This document shows positions 30,111 to 38,275 of a stretch of 64,000 bases of DNA, piece by piece. The stretch is from Gammaproteobacteria bacterium (GTDB lineage: Bacteria; Pseudomonadota; Gammaproteobacteria; CAJXQU01). The stretch spans positions 201,414 to 265,413 of the forward strand of contig CBDDAG010000003.1 in NCBI GenBank assembly GCA_965224825.1. The letters are read 5' to 3'. The stretch's first letter is position 1; every line of letters starts with the position of its first letter. Under the pieces are notes generated by a model. It saw only the letters and a program-made list of their open reading frames with translations. It did not search any database and was not told the origin of the DNA. A program made the translations under genes and the position numbers.

Positions 30111-30192
30111 TGGTCGCTTAGAAGCGTTGCCTACGAAATAACAATTTCATTGGTATGAAAAGCAAAATCAATAGACCTTAGTCGGTTACACT
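30082..30192 (-). ncRNA. candidate tracrRNA-like / repeat-derived small RNA (about 110 nt) divergent from cas9
   Basis: The 5' end is an exact copy of repeat nt 1-20 (plus-strand 30173-30192 is its reverse complement). It sits 8 nt downstream of a TATACT -10 and ends at the terminator at 30080-30110. The tail contains a CGCUU-CU-AAGCG hairpin. Pairing geometry with the array is non-canonical (see findings). Confidence 0.3.
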
Positions 30193-30200
30193 AAGAATTC

Positions 30201-30229
30201 AGTATAAAGGGAGAGCAACTCATGAGCAA
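30201..30229 (-). promoter_or_regulatory. sigma70-like promoter (TTGCTC-17nt-TATACT) on the minus strand, overlapping the cas9 RBS and start codon
   Basis: -10 TATACT = plus 30201-30206; -35 TTGCTC = plus 30224-30229; 17-nt spacer. The predicted TSS is at the first base of the half-repeat. Confidence 0.4.
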
Positions 30230-33200
30230 GAAAATCCTTGGCCTTGATTTAGGTAGTAATTCAATCGGATGGGCTTTACTTGATGAATCAAATGGTAAAG
30301 CAAGCGGAATTATTAATATTGGAAGTCGAATCTTTATTAAAGCGGTAGAAGAAAAAGTTCCGACACCAAAAAATGTAAAGCGCCGTGATATGCGGCTCGG
30401 TAGGCGTGTTATTCAACGCCGAGCAAGACGTAAACAGCGCATGTTAAATTATCTTGTGTCGCTCAATTTACTACCAAAAGAATTGCAAGGTCATACTCAA
30501 CCAGAAATTGAATTGAATAAATTAGGCGATCCTTATGAGTTGAGGATGAAAGGTTTATATGCACAGTTAACCCCGCATGAATTTGGCCGAGTATTACTTC
30601 ATTTTGTCTCAAGGCGTGGTTTTCTGAGCACCAAAAAACAAGTGGCAGGTGACTTAATTGATGATCCTGATACCGTTGCTTTTTTGAATGACCTGGATGA
30701 CAAGCCGACAAAGGACAAAGAAGAAGGCGCATTCAAAGCAGATATTAGCGAAGTAAGAAAATCTATAAATGAAGCTGGTGCAAGAACATTGGGTGAATAT
30801 CTGCACAAGTTAACGCAAGGTGAATGTAAACGGAATCGAAGCCATGAAGGTGGGCACCTGCGAACTGATAGAAAAATGTATCAAGATGAATTAGATCTGA
30901 TTTGGCAACAGCAAAGTCAGTATTTCATAGATCTTCCTGATGACTTTATGGCAAAAGATAAAGGCATCAAAAAGATCATATTTTATCAACGCCCACTAAA
31001 ACTTAAAAAAGACAGGATAGGAAAATGCTCGTTAGAACCTAAAAATAATCGTGCAGCACTGGCCTGGTTAGAGGTGCAACGTTTTCGTTATTTACAAGAT
31101 GTGAATAATTTACAATATTTTGAACGACATTCTGACCAATGGCTAAATATAAGTGATGAAGATAAAGGAAAGCTGACAGAATATTTTGAGCACCACTCTA
31201 AAATCACCATTACAGCATTAAAAAAACTGTTTGGTTTTGACAAACTCACCAAGATTAATTTAGAAGCTAAAAACCTTAAAGGCAACATTACTGCCTGTGA
31301 AATTAGATCAGTCTTAGGTGAGCAGTGGGATAATTATTCGGGTGAAGATCAAATCAAACTGGTTGAAGACATATTATCGATCAAGAAAAAATCAGCACTA
31401 AAAACAAGACTCATCAATCATTGGAATTTAGGTACATCAAAAGCCATAGAATTATGCCTACTTGAATTTGAACCTGGTCATAGCAATCTTTCTTTAAAAG
31501 CAATTAACAAGCTTCTACCTTTTTTACAGCAAGGTTTAATTTATAGCAGAAAAGATAAAGCAACAGGTGAGCTGGGTGCATTGCAAGCGGCGGGCTATGA
31601 TGATGAAATTCAAGATCAAGAAGACTGCGACAAATTAGGAAAACCGATAACCACCAGTAATCCAATTGTTAATAAAGGCATGCACGAACTGAAACGTGTT
31701 ATCAATGCCATTATTAAGGAATATGGCAAGCCGGATATTATTCGTATTGAAATGGCGCGCGATTTGGAGATGAATACCAAACGCTATAAAGAAAATGAGG
31801 CCAGACAGAAAAAAAATAAAGAAGAAAATGAAAAAGCAGTTAAAGCCTACAAGGATCTAAATTTAGGCAAATACCCTAGTTATGATGACAAAATAAAATA
31901 TCGTCTTTGGCTGGAGCAAGATCGCCGATGTGCCTACAGTAATAAACCTATTCCTCTTAATACGATATTCACCGCCGACGTTGAAATAGATCATGTGTTG
32001 CCATATAAAAAATCACTTGATGATTCTTATATGAACAAAGTCCTATGTTACACCTCAGAAAATCGTAACAAAGGCGATAGAACACCTAAAGATGCATGGG
32101 GCGGCAATGAGGACAAATGGACTCAAATTACCCATGCTATAAGCGGCTGGAAAGGTGTTGATTCTAAAGTAAAACGTTTTTTTCAAACAGAAACCGATCT
32201 CCAGCAACGTGATTTTATTTCATCACAACTCAATGATACGCGCTATATTTCAAAACTAGCCTTAGATTATGTTAAACAACTAGGCTGTGATGTTTCAGTA
32301 ACAAAAGGGTTTGTAGTTTCACAAATTCGTCACCAATGGGGATTGAATGATCTTATTGGCGAAACAGATAAAAAAGAGCGTACCGATCATCGTCATCATG
32401 CTATTGATGCGGTGGTGATCGCAGCAACTTCTCGTAGTTTATACACAAAAGCAGTGAGCGAAATCGAACGAGGCAAGCTGAAAATTAAACCGCCTTATCC
32501 TGAACTTAGAAATGAACTTGCCGAACAACTTAAACACACCATCATTTCACATGCCAGCCAACGAAAATTATCCGGTGGTTTGCATGAGGAAACGGGGGCA
32601 GGATATATTGAAAAGCATGGTGGTCTGGTTTACCGGAAAACCCTAAATCCAAATTTCAGCACTAAAAAAGCAAAAAGTATTGTTGATGACACTGTACAAA
32701 AAATAGTTCTCGAACATTTAGGAAATCATGATGACGATCCTAAAAAAGCTTTTGCTGATGGTTTTGCTGTTTATCACCAGGATGGTAAAACACCGATCAA
32801 ACGGGTACGTATTTTGCAGTCTAAAACTACACGTAAAAAACTTGACGCAAGCAAATTTGGTGTCAAAGACAAAGAAGGTAAGGTTTTCAAATGGCTTGCC
32901 TACGGTAATTTACATCACGTGGAAATTATCAGGAATAAGAAAACAGGAAAATATAGCGGTAAATTTGTAACAACGATGGAAGCCCATCACAGAGTGAAAG
33001 GTATTGGTATGCAAAAACAGAATATCATCAAAACGGATCATGGAAGTGATTATGAATTTTTGATGGCCTTGCATATTAATGATCTTGTGAGTATTGAAAA
33101 AGAAAAGACGCAAGTTTTTTATCGAGTTCAAAAACTAGACTCAGGTTCAAATAGAATGGTCTTGAGATTACACACTGCATCTACACTCAACAATAAAGAT

Positions 33201-33290
33201 GAAGAAATATATATTTCAATTAATGAAAAATCTTTTTCCAGTTTAAAACTCCAGAAACTTCAAATGAACGCTATAGGAAAGATCTTCTAG
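30222..33290 (+). CDS. cas9: Cas9 endonuclease, type II-C (1022 aa)
   Basis: RuvC-I ILGLDLGSNSIGWA (catalytic Asp); Arg-rich bridge helix RRDMRLGRRVIQRRARRKQR; RuvC-II IIRIEMARD; HNH DVEIDHVLPY...NKVLCYTSENRNKGDRTP; RuvC-III HHAIDAVVIA. Followed by cas1-cas2 with no csn2 or cas4. Confidence 0.95.
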   Translation: MSKKILGLDLGSNSIGWALLDESNGKASGIINIGSRIFIKAVEEKVPTPKNVKRRDMRLGRRVIQRRARRKQRMLNYLVSLNLLPKELQGHTQPEIELNKLGDPYELRMKGLYAQLTPHEFGRVLLHFVSRRGFLSTKKQVAGDLIDDPDTVAFLNDLDDKPTKDKEEGAFKADISEVRKSINEAGARTLGEYLHKLTQGECKRNRSHEGGHLRTDRKMYQDELDLIWQQQSQYFIDLPDDFMAKDKGIKKIIFYQRPLKLKKDRIGKCSLEPKNNRAALAWLEVQRFRYLQDVNNLQYFERHSDQWLNISDEDKGKLTEYFEHHSKITITALKKLFGFDKLTKINLEAKNLKGNITACEIRSVLGEQWDNYSGEDQIKLVEDILSIKKKSALKTRLINHWNLGTSKAIELCLLEFEPGHSNLSLKAINKLLPFLQQGLIYSRKDKATGELGALQAAGYDDEIQDQEDCDKLGKPITTSNPIVNKGMHELKRVINAIIKEYGKPDIIRIEMARDLEMNTKRYKENEARQKKNKEENEKAVKAYKDLNLGKYPSYDDKIKYRLWLEQDRRCAYSNKPIPLNTIFTADVEIDHVLPYKKSLDDSYMNKVLCYTSENRNKGDRTPKDAWGGNEDKWTQITHAISGWKGVDSKVKRFFQTETDLQQRDFISSQLNDTRYISKLALDYVKQLGCDVSVTKGFVVSQIRHQWGLNDLIGETDKKERTDHRHHAIDAVVIAATSRSLYTKAVSEIERGKLKIKPPYPELRNELAEQLKHTIISHASQRKLSGGLHEETGAGYIEKHGGLVYRKTLNPNFSTKKAKSIVDDTVQKIVLEHLGNHDDDPKKAFADGFAVYHQDGKTPIKRVRILQSKTTRKKLDASKFGVKDKEGKVFKWLAYGNLHHVEIIRNKKTGKYSGKFVTTMEAHHRVKGIGMQKQNIIKTDHGSDYEFLMALHINDLVSIEKEKTQVFYRVQKLDSGSNRMVLRLHTASTLNNKDEEIYISINEKSFSSLKLQKLQMNAIGKIF

Positions 33291-34192
33291 TGATAAAACG
33301 TATTATCGACATTAGCGAACAAGCCTATGTTCATATGAAACATAGGCAACTATTGATCGATAAAGAAGGAAAAACTGTTGGAAAAATTCCGATAGAAGAT
33401 CTTGGTGTATTAATCTTTCAGCATCCTGCAATCGTCGTCACTCAGGCCGTTATCATTGCATGTCAGGAAAACAATGTTGTAATTGTTTTTTGTGACTCCC
33501 GACATTTACCCTATTCTGTAGTTCTACCCATTAGTGAAGGACATAGTCTTCATACAAAAGTTTTGCGACAACAACTAGCGATCACTACACCAACAAAAAA
33601 ACGCTTGTGGCAACAGATCGTAAAATACAAAATCAGAGAACAGGCCAATACTTTGAGCCTGGCAGGTAAGAACAATAAAGCTTTATTGCGACTTGAGGGA
33701 AAAGTAAAGACAGGTGACTTACAAAATCATGAAGCACAGGCAGCTAAAGTTTATTGGCGCTTATTATTTGGTGATGAGTTTAGACGTGATGTAGATGCAG
33801 AAGGATTAAACAGTATCCTGAATTATGGTTATGCCATTATGCGTGCAATGGTTGCCAGAGCAATTGTTGGTAGTGGACTACACCCTGCTCTCGGTTTGCA
33901 TCACCGAAACCAATACAACGGTCTTTGCCTTGCTGATGATCTTATGGAGCCATTTCGCCCCTGGGTAGATCTTACCGTTTATGAGTTGTTCGATGAAAGC
34001 AAAACACTAGAAATTAATACTGAAATCAAACAAGTTCTACTAGGTATGTTAAGTAAAAAAGTGATCTGGAAGGGAGAAAGTATGCCACTAATGATTGCTT
34101 GTCATTCCTTGACTGCAGATCTCAAAAGAGCCTATCAAGACACGAAAGAAAAACTTTATTTTCCACAACTGGAAAACCGGATCGCTGCTTGA
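33290..34192 (+). CDS. cas1: CRISPR integrase Cas1 (GTG start overlapping the cas9 stop by 1 nt)
   Basis: 300 aa; typical type II Cas1 length and conserved acidic and His residues; operon position. Confidence 0.9.
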   Translation: MIKRIIDISEQAYVHMKHRQLLIDKEGKTVGKIPIEDLGVLIFQHPAIVVTQAVIIACQENNVVIVFCDSRHLPYSVVLPISEGHSLHTKVLRQQLAITTPTKKRLWQQIVKYKIREQANTLSLAGKNNKALLRLEGKVKTGDLQNHEAQAAKVYWRLLFGDEFRRDVDAEGLNSILNYGYAIMRAMVARAIVGSGLHPALGLHHRNQYNGLCLADDLMEPFRPWVDLTVYELFDESKTLEINTEIKQVLLGMLSKKVIWKGESMPLMIACHSLTADLKRAYQDTKEKLYFPQLENRIAA

Positions 34193-34212
34193 ATTTCGGC
34201 GGACTGAATACT

Positions 34213-34518
34213 ATGTGGGTAATCGTACTTTTTGATCTTCCTACGGATACAAAAGAAGCCAGAAAACAATATTCCAAATTCCGAAAGTTTTTACTTGATG
34301 ATGGTTTCACCATGATGCAGTATTCAGTTTATATGCGTCATAGTTCTAGCGAAGAAAACGCACAAGTTCATATCAAACGTGTAAAATCAACATTACCCGC
34401 AGATGGTGAAGTACGAGTTTTCAAAATAACCGATAAACAGTTTGGGAAAATAGAAGTTTTCTATGGTAAAAAACAAAAGCCTGTTGAAGAAACACCAGAA
34501 CAACTCCTGTTTTTCTGA
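34213..34518 (+). CDS. cas2: Cas2
   Basis: 101 aa MWVIVLFDLPTDTKEARKQYSKFRKFLLDDGF... (Cas2 fold) starting 21 nt after the cas1 stop. The ORF-track 34099 start is an out-of-frame overlap with cas1. Confidence 0.85.
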   Translation: MWVIVLFDLPTDTKEARKQYSKFRKFLLDDGFTMMQYSVYMRHSSSEENAQVHIKRVKSTLPADGEVRVFKITDKQFGKIEVFYGKKQKPVEETPEQLLFF

Positions 34519-34534
34519 TCGAAAAACAGGAGTT
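34502..34534. promoter_or_regulatory. perfect 14-bp inverted repeat spanning the cas2 stop codon, in the array leader
   Basis: AACTCCTGTTTTTC-TGATC-GAAAAACAGGAGTT; the cas2 TGA lies in the loop. Followed by a TATAAAT -10-like box (34541-34547) 21 nt before repeat 1. Confidence 0.5.
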
Positions 34535-34567
34535 TCCCCTTATAAATCAAACTACTCTATGCGCTGT

Positions 34568-34999
34568 AGTGTAACCGACTAAGGTCTACGCGCAATTCAC
34601 AACTAATTTTGCTGGTGACAATTCTGGGTTAGGAGTGTAACCGACTAAGGTCTACGCGCAATTCACAACCACCGAACGGATGGGGCTGCAAGTGTCGGGA
34701 GTGTAACCGACTAAGGTCTACGCGCAATTCACAACATGAAGATTACTGCAAACAGATGGTTGCAGAGTGTAACCGACTAAGGTCTACGCGCAATTCACAA
34801 CCCATTACTATAACGGGCTAATGTAATACATAGTGTAACCGACTAAGGTCTACGCGCAATTCACAACAATAATGACTCAATCTACGGTAACTCCCGTAGT
34901 GTAACCGACTAAGGTCTACGCGCAATTCACAACCTGCCAGTGATTGGTTCAGATATCCGCAGTAGTGTGACATGATCAAATGATTTAACCCCTTCCATA
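34568..34999 (+). CRISPR. CRISPR array: 6 identical 36-nt repeats (AGTGTAACCGACTAAGGTCTACGCGCAATTCACAAC), 30-nt spacers, plus a degenerate terminal repeat
   Basis: Repeats at 34568, 34634, 34700, 34766, 34832 and 34898 (period 66). Six unique spacers. Terminal unit 34964-34999 AGTGTGACATG... matches only about 15 of 36 positions. The reverse orientation reads GTTGTGAATTGCGCGTAGACCTTAGTCGGTTACACT (type II-C-like GTTGTG start). Confidence 0.95.
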
Positions 35000-35020
35000 A
35001 CGGAAGGGGTTTCTGTTTTT
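34989..35020 (+). terminator. plus-strand intrinsic terminator immediately after the array
   Basis: CCCCTTCC-ATAAC-GGAAGGGG followed by TTTCTGTTTTTATT. Confidence 0.7.
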
Positions 35021-35050
35021 ATTAGATTTAACTTCTTAGAAACTCTAAGA

Positions 35051-36265
35051 TCAATATTTAGCACTCGACTCATCATAAAGAAGTCCTTTTTCTTTACTCT
35101 GTGACCGAATTGAACTAAAGATCTGAGCATCGAGTGAATCTTTATCAGCACCAGTTTCTTCCACTTTCTTTTTCAAAAAAGCATCTCGTTCCTCAGCGAT
35201 ACTTTGAATATTTTTTCTCAAGTCATCACGTTCTCTGGCTGCCTTTTCTACATATTCTTCCTGTGCTTTTGGTGACATAGCCTGCATGGGTTCTGGGAGT
35301 TCATTCTTTTCAATGTTGGAAAGATCAACACGTCCACTGGTGATAGCTTCGACCAGTTCACCTTCACCAAGGAAGTTTGCTTTACCACTTGTTGAGCTAT
35401 TAAATGCAGCACGACGAGCCTTTGATTCATTACTGGCTTCTCGATGAAGTTTATCTGTCACCACCAATTTATTGGCCTGTTTTAGTTTTGCTTCCTTGTC
35501 GCCATAGTAGATTCGCGTATCGTCCAATTTGGCAGATAACTCAGCCAGTTTTTTATCAAACGGTGTCGCAATAGCAACAGCATTTCCTGATTGCTCTACC
35601 TGAAAATAATTCCCCTGACCGAGGCTGGCAATTTCCTGCCAATTTGCTGTGGCGTTTTGATTTTGTCCGCATTGAATGGCATTAATAATAATGCCTTTTT
35701 GTTTTGCAATGGCCATCGTTTCCGGATATTTCACATCATCCTGATAATCCATATGGGGGGGCGCATCACCCACCAGAAAGATTACTTTGTAGGTTTGCTG
35801 ATCCTGATTCCATGACATTTTATGGACAGCGTCATAGAGTGCCTGATTGACACTCTCAGGACCATCACCACCGCCATCGGCTTTAAAGTCCATTAATTTC
35901 GAATACATGGAATCCAGATCGTTGGATAATTCCACGGTCTGAGTGACATAAGCATCACCGCGATCTCGATAGGCAACCAACCCCATTTTTATGTCCGGTG
36001 CATTTTGTGCCGAGGCCATAGTACTGGCAATCGACCAGATTTTTTCTTTCGCCGCATGGATCAGATCACCCATACTGCCTGTGGTATCAAGTACAAAAAC
36101 CACTTCGATCTTTGGATGCTCATTCGCCACCGGCATGAGAACGGCTGGATCGATAATTGGTGGCGTATTAGTTGGATTAGCGATCGCCTGTTTAGCGGCT
36201 GGAAAAAATGCAACAGTTGCAGCGGTTGCGGCGAAAATACTTATTGCGAATATTTTTTTGTTCAT
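35051..36265 (-). CDS. secreted von Willebrand factor A (VWA) domain protein with C-terminal charged coiled-coil tail
   Basis: AAGGAG RBS plus ATG at 36265 (MNKKIFAISIFAATAATVA signal). MIDAS DTTGSM; 404 aa. Confidence 0.7.
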   Translation of the reverse strand: MNKKIFAISIFAATAATVAFFPAAKQAIANPTNTPPIIDPAVLMPVANEHPKIEVVFVLDTTGSMGDLIHAAKEKIWSIASTMASAQNAPDIKMGLVAYRDRGDAYVTQTVELSNDLDSMYSKLMDFKADGGGDGPESVNQALYDAVHKMSWNQDQQTYKVIFLVGDAPPHMDYQDDVKYPETMAIAKQKGIIINAIQCGQNQNATANWQEIASLGQGNYFQVEQSGNAVAIATPFDKKLAELSAKLDDTRIYYGDKEAKLKQANKLVVTDKLHREASNESKARRAAFNSSTSGKANFLGEGELVEAITSGRVDLSNIEKNELPEPMQAMSPKAQEEYVEKAARERDDLRKNIQSIAEERDAFLKKKVEETGADKDSLDAQIFSSIRSQSKEKGLLYDESSAKY

Positions 36266-36293
36266 GATTAAATCTCCTTTTATGTTGTGCAAT

Positions 36294-36868
36294 TTAGTGT
36301 GTTGAAAGTTTTCGGACGGCGGCTTCTGCCTCACGATAAGCGCGTTGAAAATCGACATCGCTTGTGTCCAAGGTTGATCTGTTAGACGTAGATTGTTTGA
36401 TGCTGGTTGGTATCGCTACAAACAAAGCCTGTGTCAGAAAGAAACACCAGATGGTTAAAAATAGACTTCCCGTATAACTGGCTGCCCAGAATGCTGTCGC
36501 AACAGATAACCCGTTCAAACCAAGATCGGCTAGCGATGCAAACAAGCTGGAATAAAAATACATTGATCGAACTAACCAGATTGTGATCAGATGTATCAAT
36601 ACAAAAAGTGTAATAGACGGCCAGAAAAACCAGGTGGCCATAGCAATAACTGACCAACTGACGATGACTGTCAATCGACCTATACGTTCTTTGCTTCTGC
36701 TCAATAGATACAGGATATATCCAAGACTGAATCCACTGATCAATAACCTGATGATGAAACTATCAGAAAACATTGATGACAAAACAAAGTAGCCAACGCT
36801 GCCAATAAAACTACTGATCAGTGCAACGATTACACCTTCAAAAAAAGTGACACTTTTCGTTTTCATGA
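36294..36868 (-). CDS. polytopic membrane protein (5 TM), unknown function
   Basis: ATGA stop/start overlap with the upstream pspA-like gene (translational coupling). Confidence 0.5.
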
Positions 36869-37396
36869 CTGACTCCATTTTTGTTTTTCATGCAGGAAGG
36901 CAACTTCTATATCTTCGTCCTGCACAGTAAATGAAGAGTCACCCCAACTAGCTACCGATTGATCAGTGTTGTCTTGTGTAAATATTTCAGCTTTTTGCTT
37001 CATACTGCCAAGTTGAGATTGTTGTTCTTTAAGCTGTGTTTTTAGATGATCAATACTCTCTTCCAATACAGATGTTTTTCTGGATAAGGATTTCAGTGTT
37101 TGTTGTCCTTCCAGTTTTCTTTTGATCAACGTTCGAGCCAGATCATCTTTCTTCGACTTGAAGCAGAGCGCCAGTTGATCTTCAATTTCAGTGAGAGACT
37201 GTTTTACTTCCTCTTCCTTACCGGAAAGCTGCTTATGCTCATATTCCTGTAACTTGATCTGTCGCTCATCATGAGCCAGCGTTTCTTCCATTTCACGAAT
37301 AGCCTGTTTGAGCAGCATTTCAGGTTCTTCGATCTGATCCAGTACGGCATTCATATCCGCGTGAAACAATCTTGAGATTCTTGTGATTAAAGCCAT
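36863..37396 (-). CDS. PspA/IM30-family protein (short, 177 aa)
   Basis: N-terminus MALITRISRLFHADMNAVLDQIEEPEMLLKQAIREMEETL parallels E. coli PspA [40 protein letters not shown]; coiled-coil throughout. Confidence 0.7.
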   Translation of the reverse strand: MALITRISRLFHADMNAVLDQIEEPEMLLKQAIREMEETLAHDERQIKLQEYEHKQLSGKEEEVKQSLTEIEDQLALCFKSKKDDLARTLIKRKLEGQQTLKSLSRKTSVLEESIDHLKTQLKEQQSQLGSMKQKAEIFTQDNTDQSVASWGDSSFTVQDEDIEVAFLHEKQKWSQS

Positions 37397-37568
37397 TTGT
37401 TGTTACCTCCTTCATAAGATTTCGATTAGAGTGCACAGTCTAGGTTTGAAGGTGGAGAAGAAATAGACACACTTTGGTAAAAGGTTTTACAGCGATTTTT
37501 ACAAAAAATTTACATAAGCAAACTGGTCTCTTGCTAAACTGTATTGTCTATTTCTATAAATCTGGGCT

Positions 37569-38270
37569 ATGAAACAAAAAATAAGCATTCTGATCATTGA
37601 AGACGAAGTCGCGATCCGTACCGGTCTTATCGACGTGTTTGTCTATCATGGTTATGAGGTGGATTTTTCCGGCGATGGAACCGAGGGTCTGGAAAAAGCA
37701 TTACAGGGTAATTTTGATCTGATTCTGCTGGATGTCATGTTACCTGGCTTAAACGGCTTTGAGATCTGCAACCGAATTCGTGAACAGAATCGTGATCAGG
37801 CGATCATTATGTTGACGGCAAAAAGTAGTGATGAGGATATTATCGAAGGTCTATCATTGGGAGCCGATGATTATGTCGCCAAGCCTTTTTCAGTTGCTCA
37901 ACTAGTGCTGCGAGTACAGGCTGTTTTACGTCGAACACGTAGCGTCATAGAACAGGAACAACTGATCAAACTGGATAAAGATGTCGTGATCGATAGCCAG
38001 AACCTTTCAGGTAATTGTGGTGAAGAAGCACTCACATTCACTCGTCGTGAAATAGATCTTTTGCAATACCTGCAAGCAAATTCAGAACGCCCTGTTTCAC
38101 GAGATGAACTCTTACATAAGGTTTGGGGATATGCGGATAATCTTGATCTGGAGACTCGGACTGTTGATATTCATATTGCAAAATTACGCCGCAAGATCGA
38201 AAAAGATCCTTCACAACCACTATACCTGATGACTGTGCGCGGTGCTGGTTATCGTCTGTTGACTCAATAA
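37569..38270 (+). CDS. OmpR-family response regulator
   Basis: Receiver domain (ILIIEDE...D...LPGLNG...K) plus winged-helix domain (RREIDLLQYL...TVRGAGYRL). Confidence 0.85.
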   Translation: MKQKISILIIEDEVAIRTGLIDVFVYHGYEVDFSGDGTEGLEKALQGNFDLILLDVMLPGLNGFEICNRIREQNRDQAIIMLTAKSSDEDIIEGLSLGADDYVAKPFSVAQLVLRVQAVLRRTRSVIEQEQLIKLDKDVVIDSQNLSGNCGEEALTFTRREIDLLQYLQANSERPVSRDELLHKVWGYADNLDLETRTVDIHIAKLRRKIEKDPSQPLYLMTVRGAGYRLLTQ

Positions 38271-38275
38271 CTACA

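Noticed and set aside
30082-30192. Treating the minus-strand half-repeat RNA as a straightforward canonical tracrRNA
   Set aside because: Its 20-mer has the same sense as plus-strand crRNA repeats and pairs only with the 3' end of minus-strand repeats. Neither gives the canonical anti-repeat : repeat-5'-part duplex next to the spacer. It is kept as a candidate with the geometry flagged as unresolved.
30272-30306. Long hairpin GGGCTTTACTTGATGAATCAAATGGTAAAGC inside the first 30 codons of cas9 as a possible tracr tail or attenuator
   Set aside because: It lies within the conserved RuvC-I coding sequence and no terminator U-tract follows. This is most likely coincidental secondary structure.
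34099-34212. ORF-track N-terminal extension of cas2 overlapping cas1
   Set aside because: It is out of frame with and overlaps the cas1 3' end. The Cas2 fold starts at the ATG at 34213 (MWVIVLFDLP).
34964-34999. A seventh full CRISPR repeat
   Set aside because: Only about 15 of 36 positions match (the first 9 are strong). It is treated as a degenerate terminal repeat at best and not counted as a functional unit.
36005-36305. Plus-strand ORFs within the VWA gene and the 26483-26962 / 53567-54190 ORFs inside fliO/fliN and the BatB tail
   Set aside because: They are antisense to strongly supported genes and are created by low-complexity or repeat sequence.
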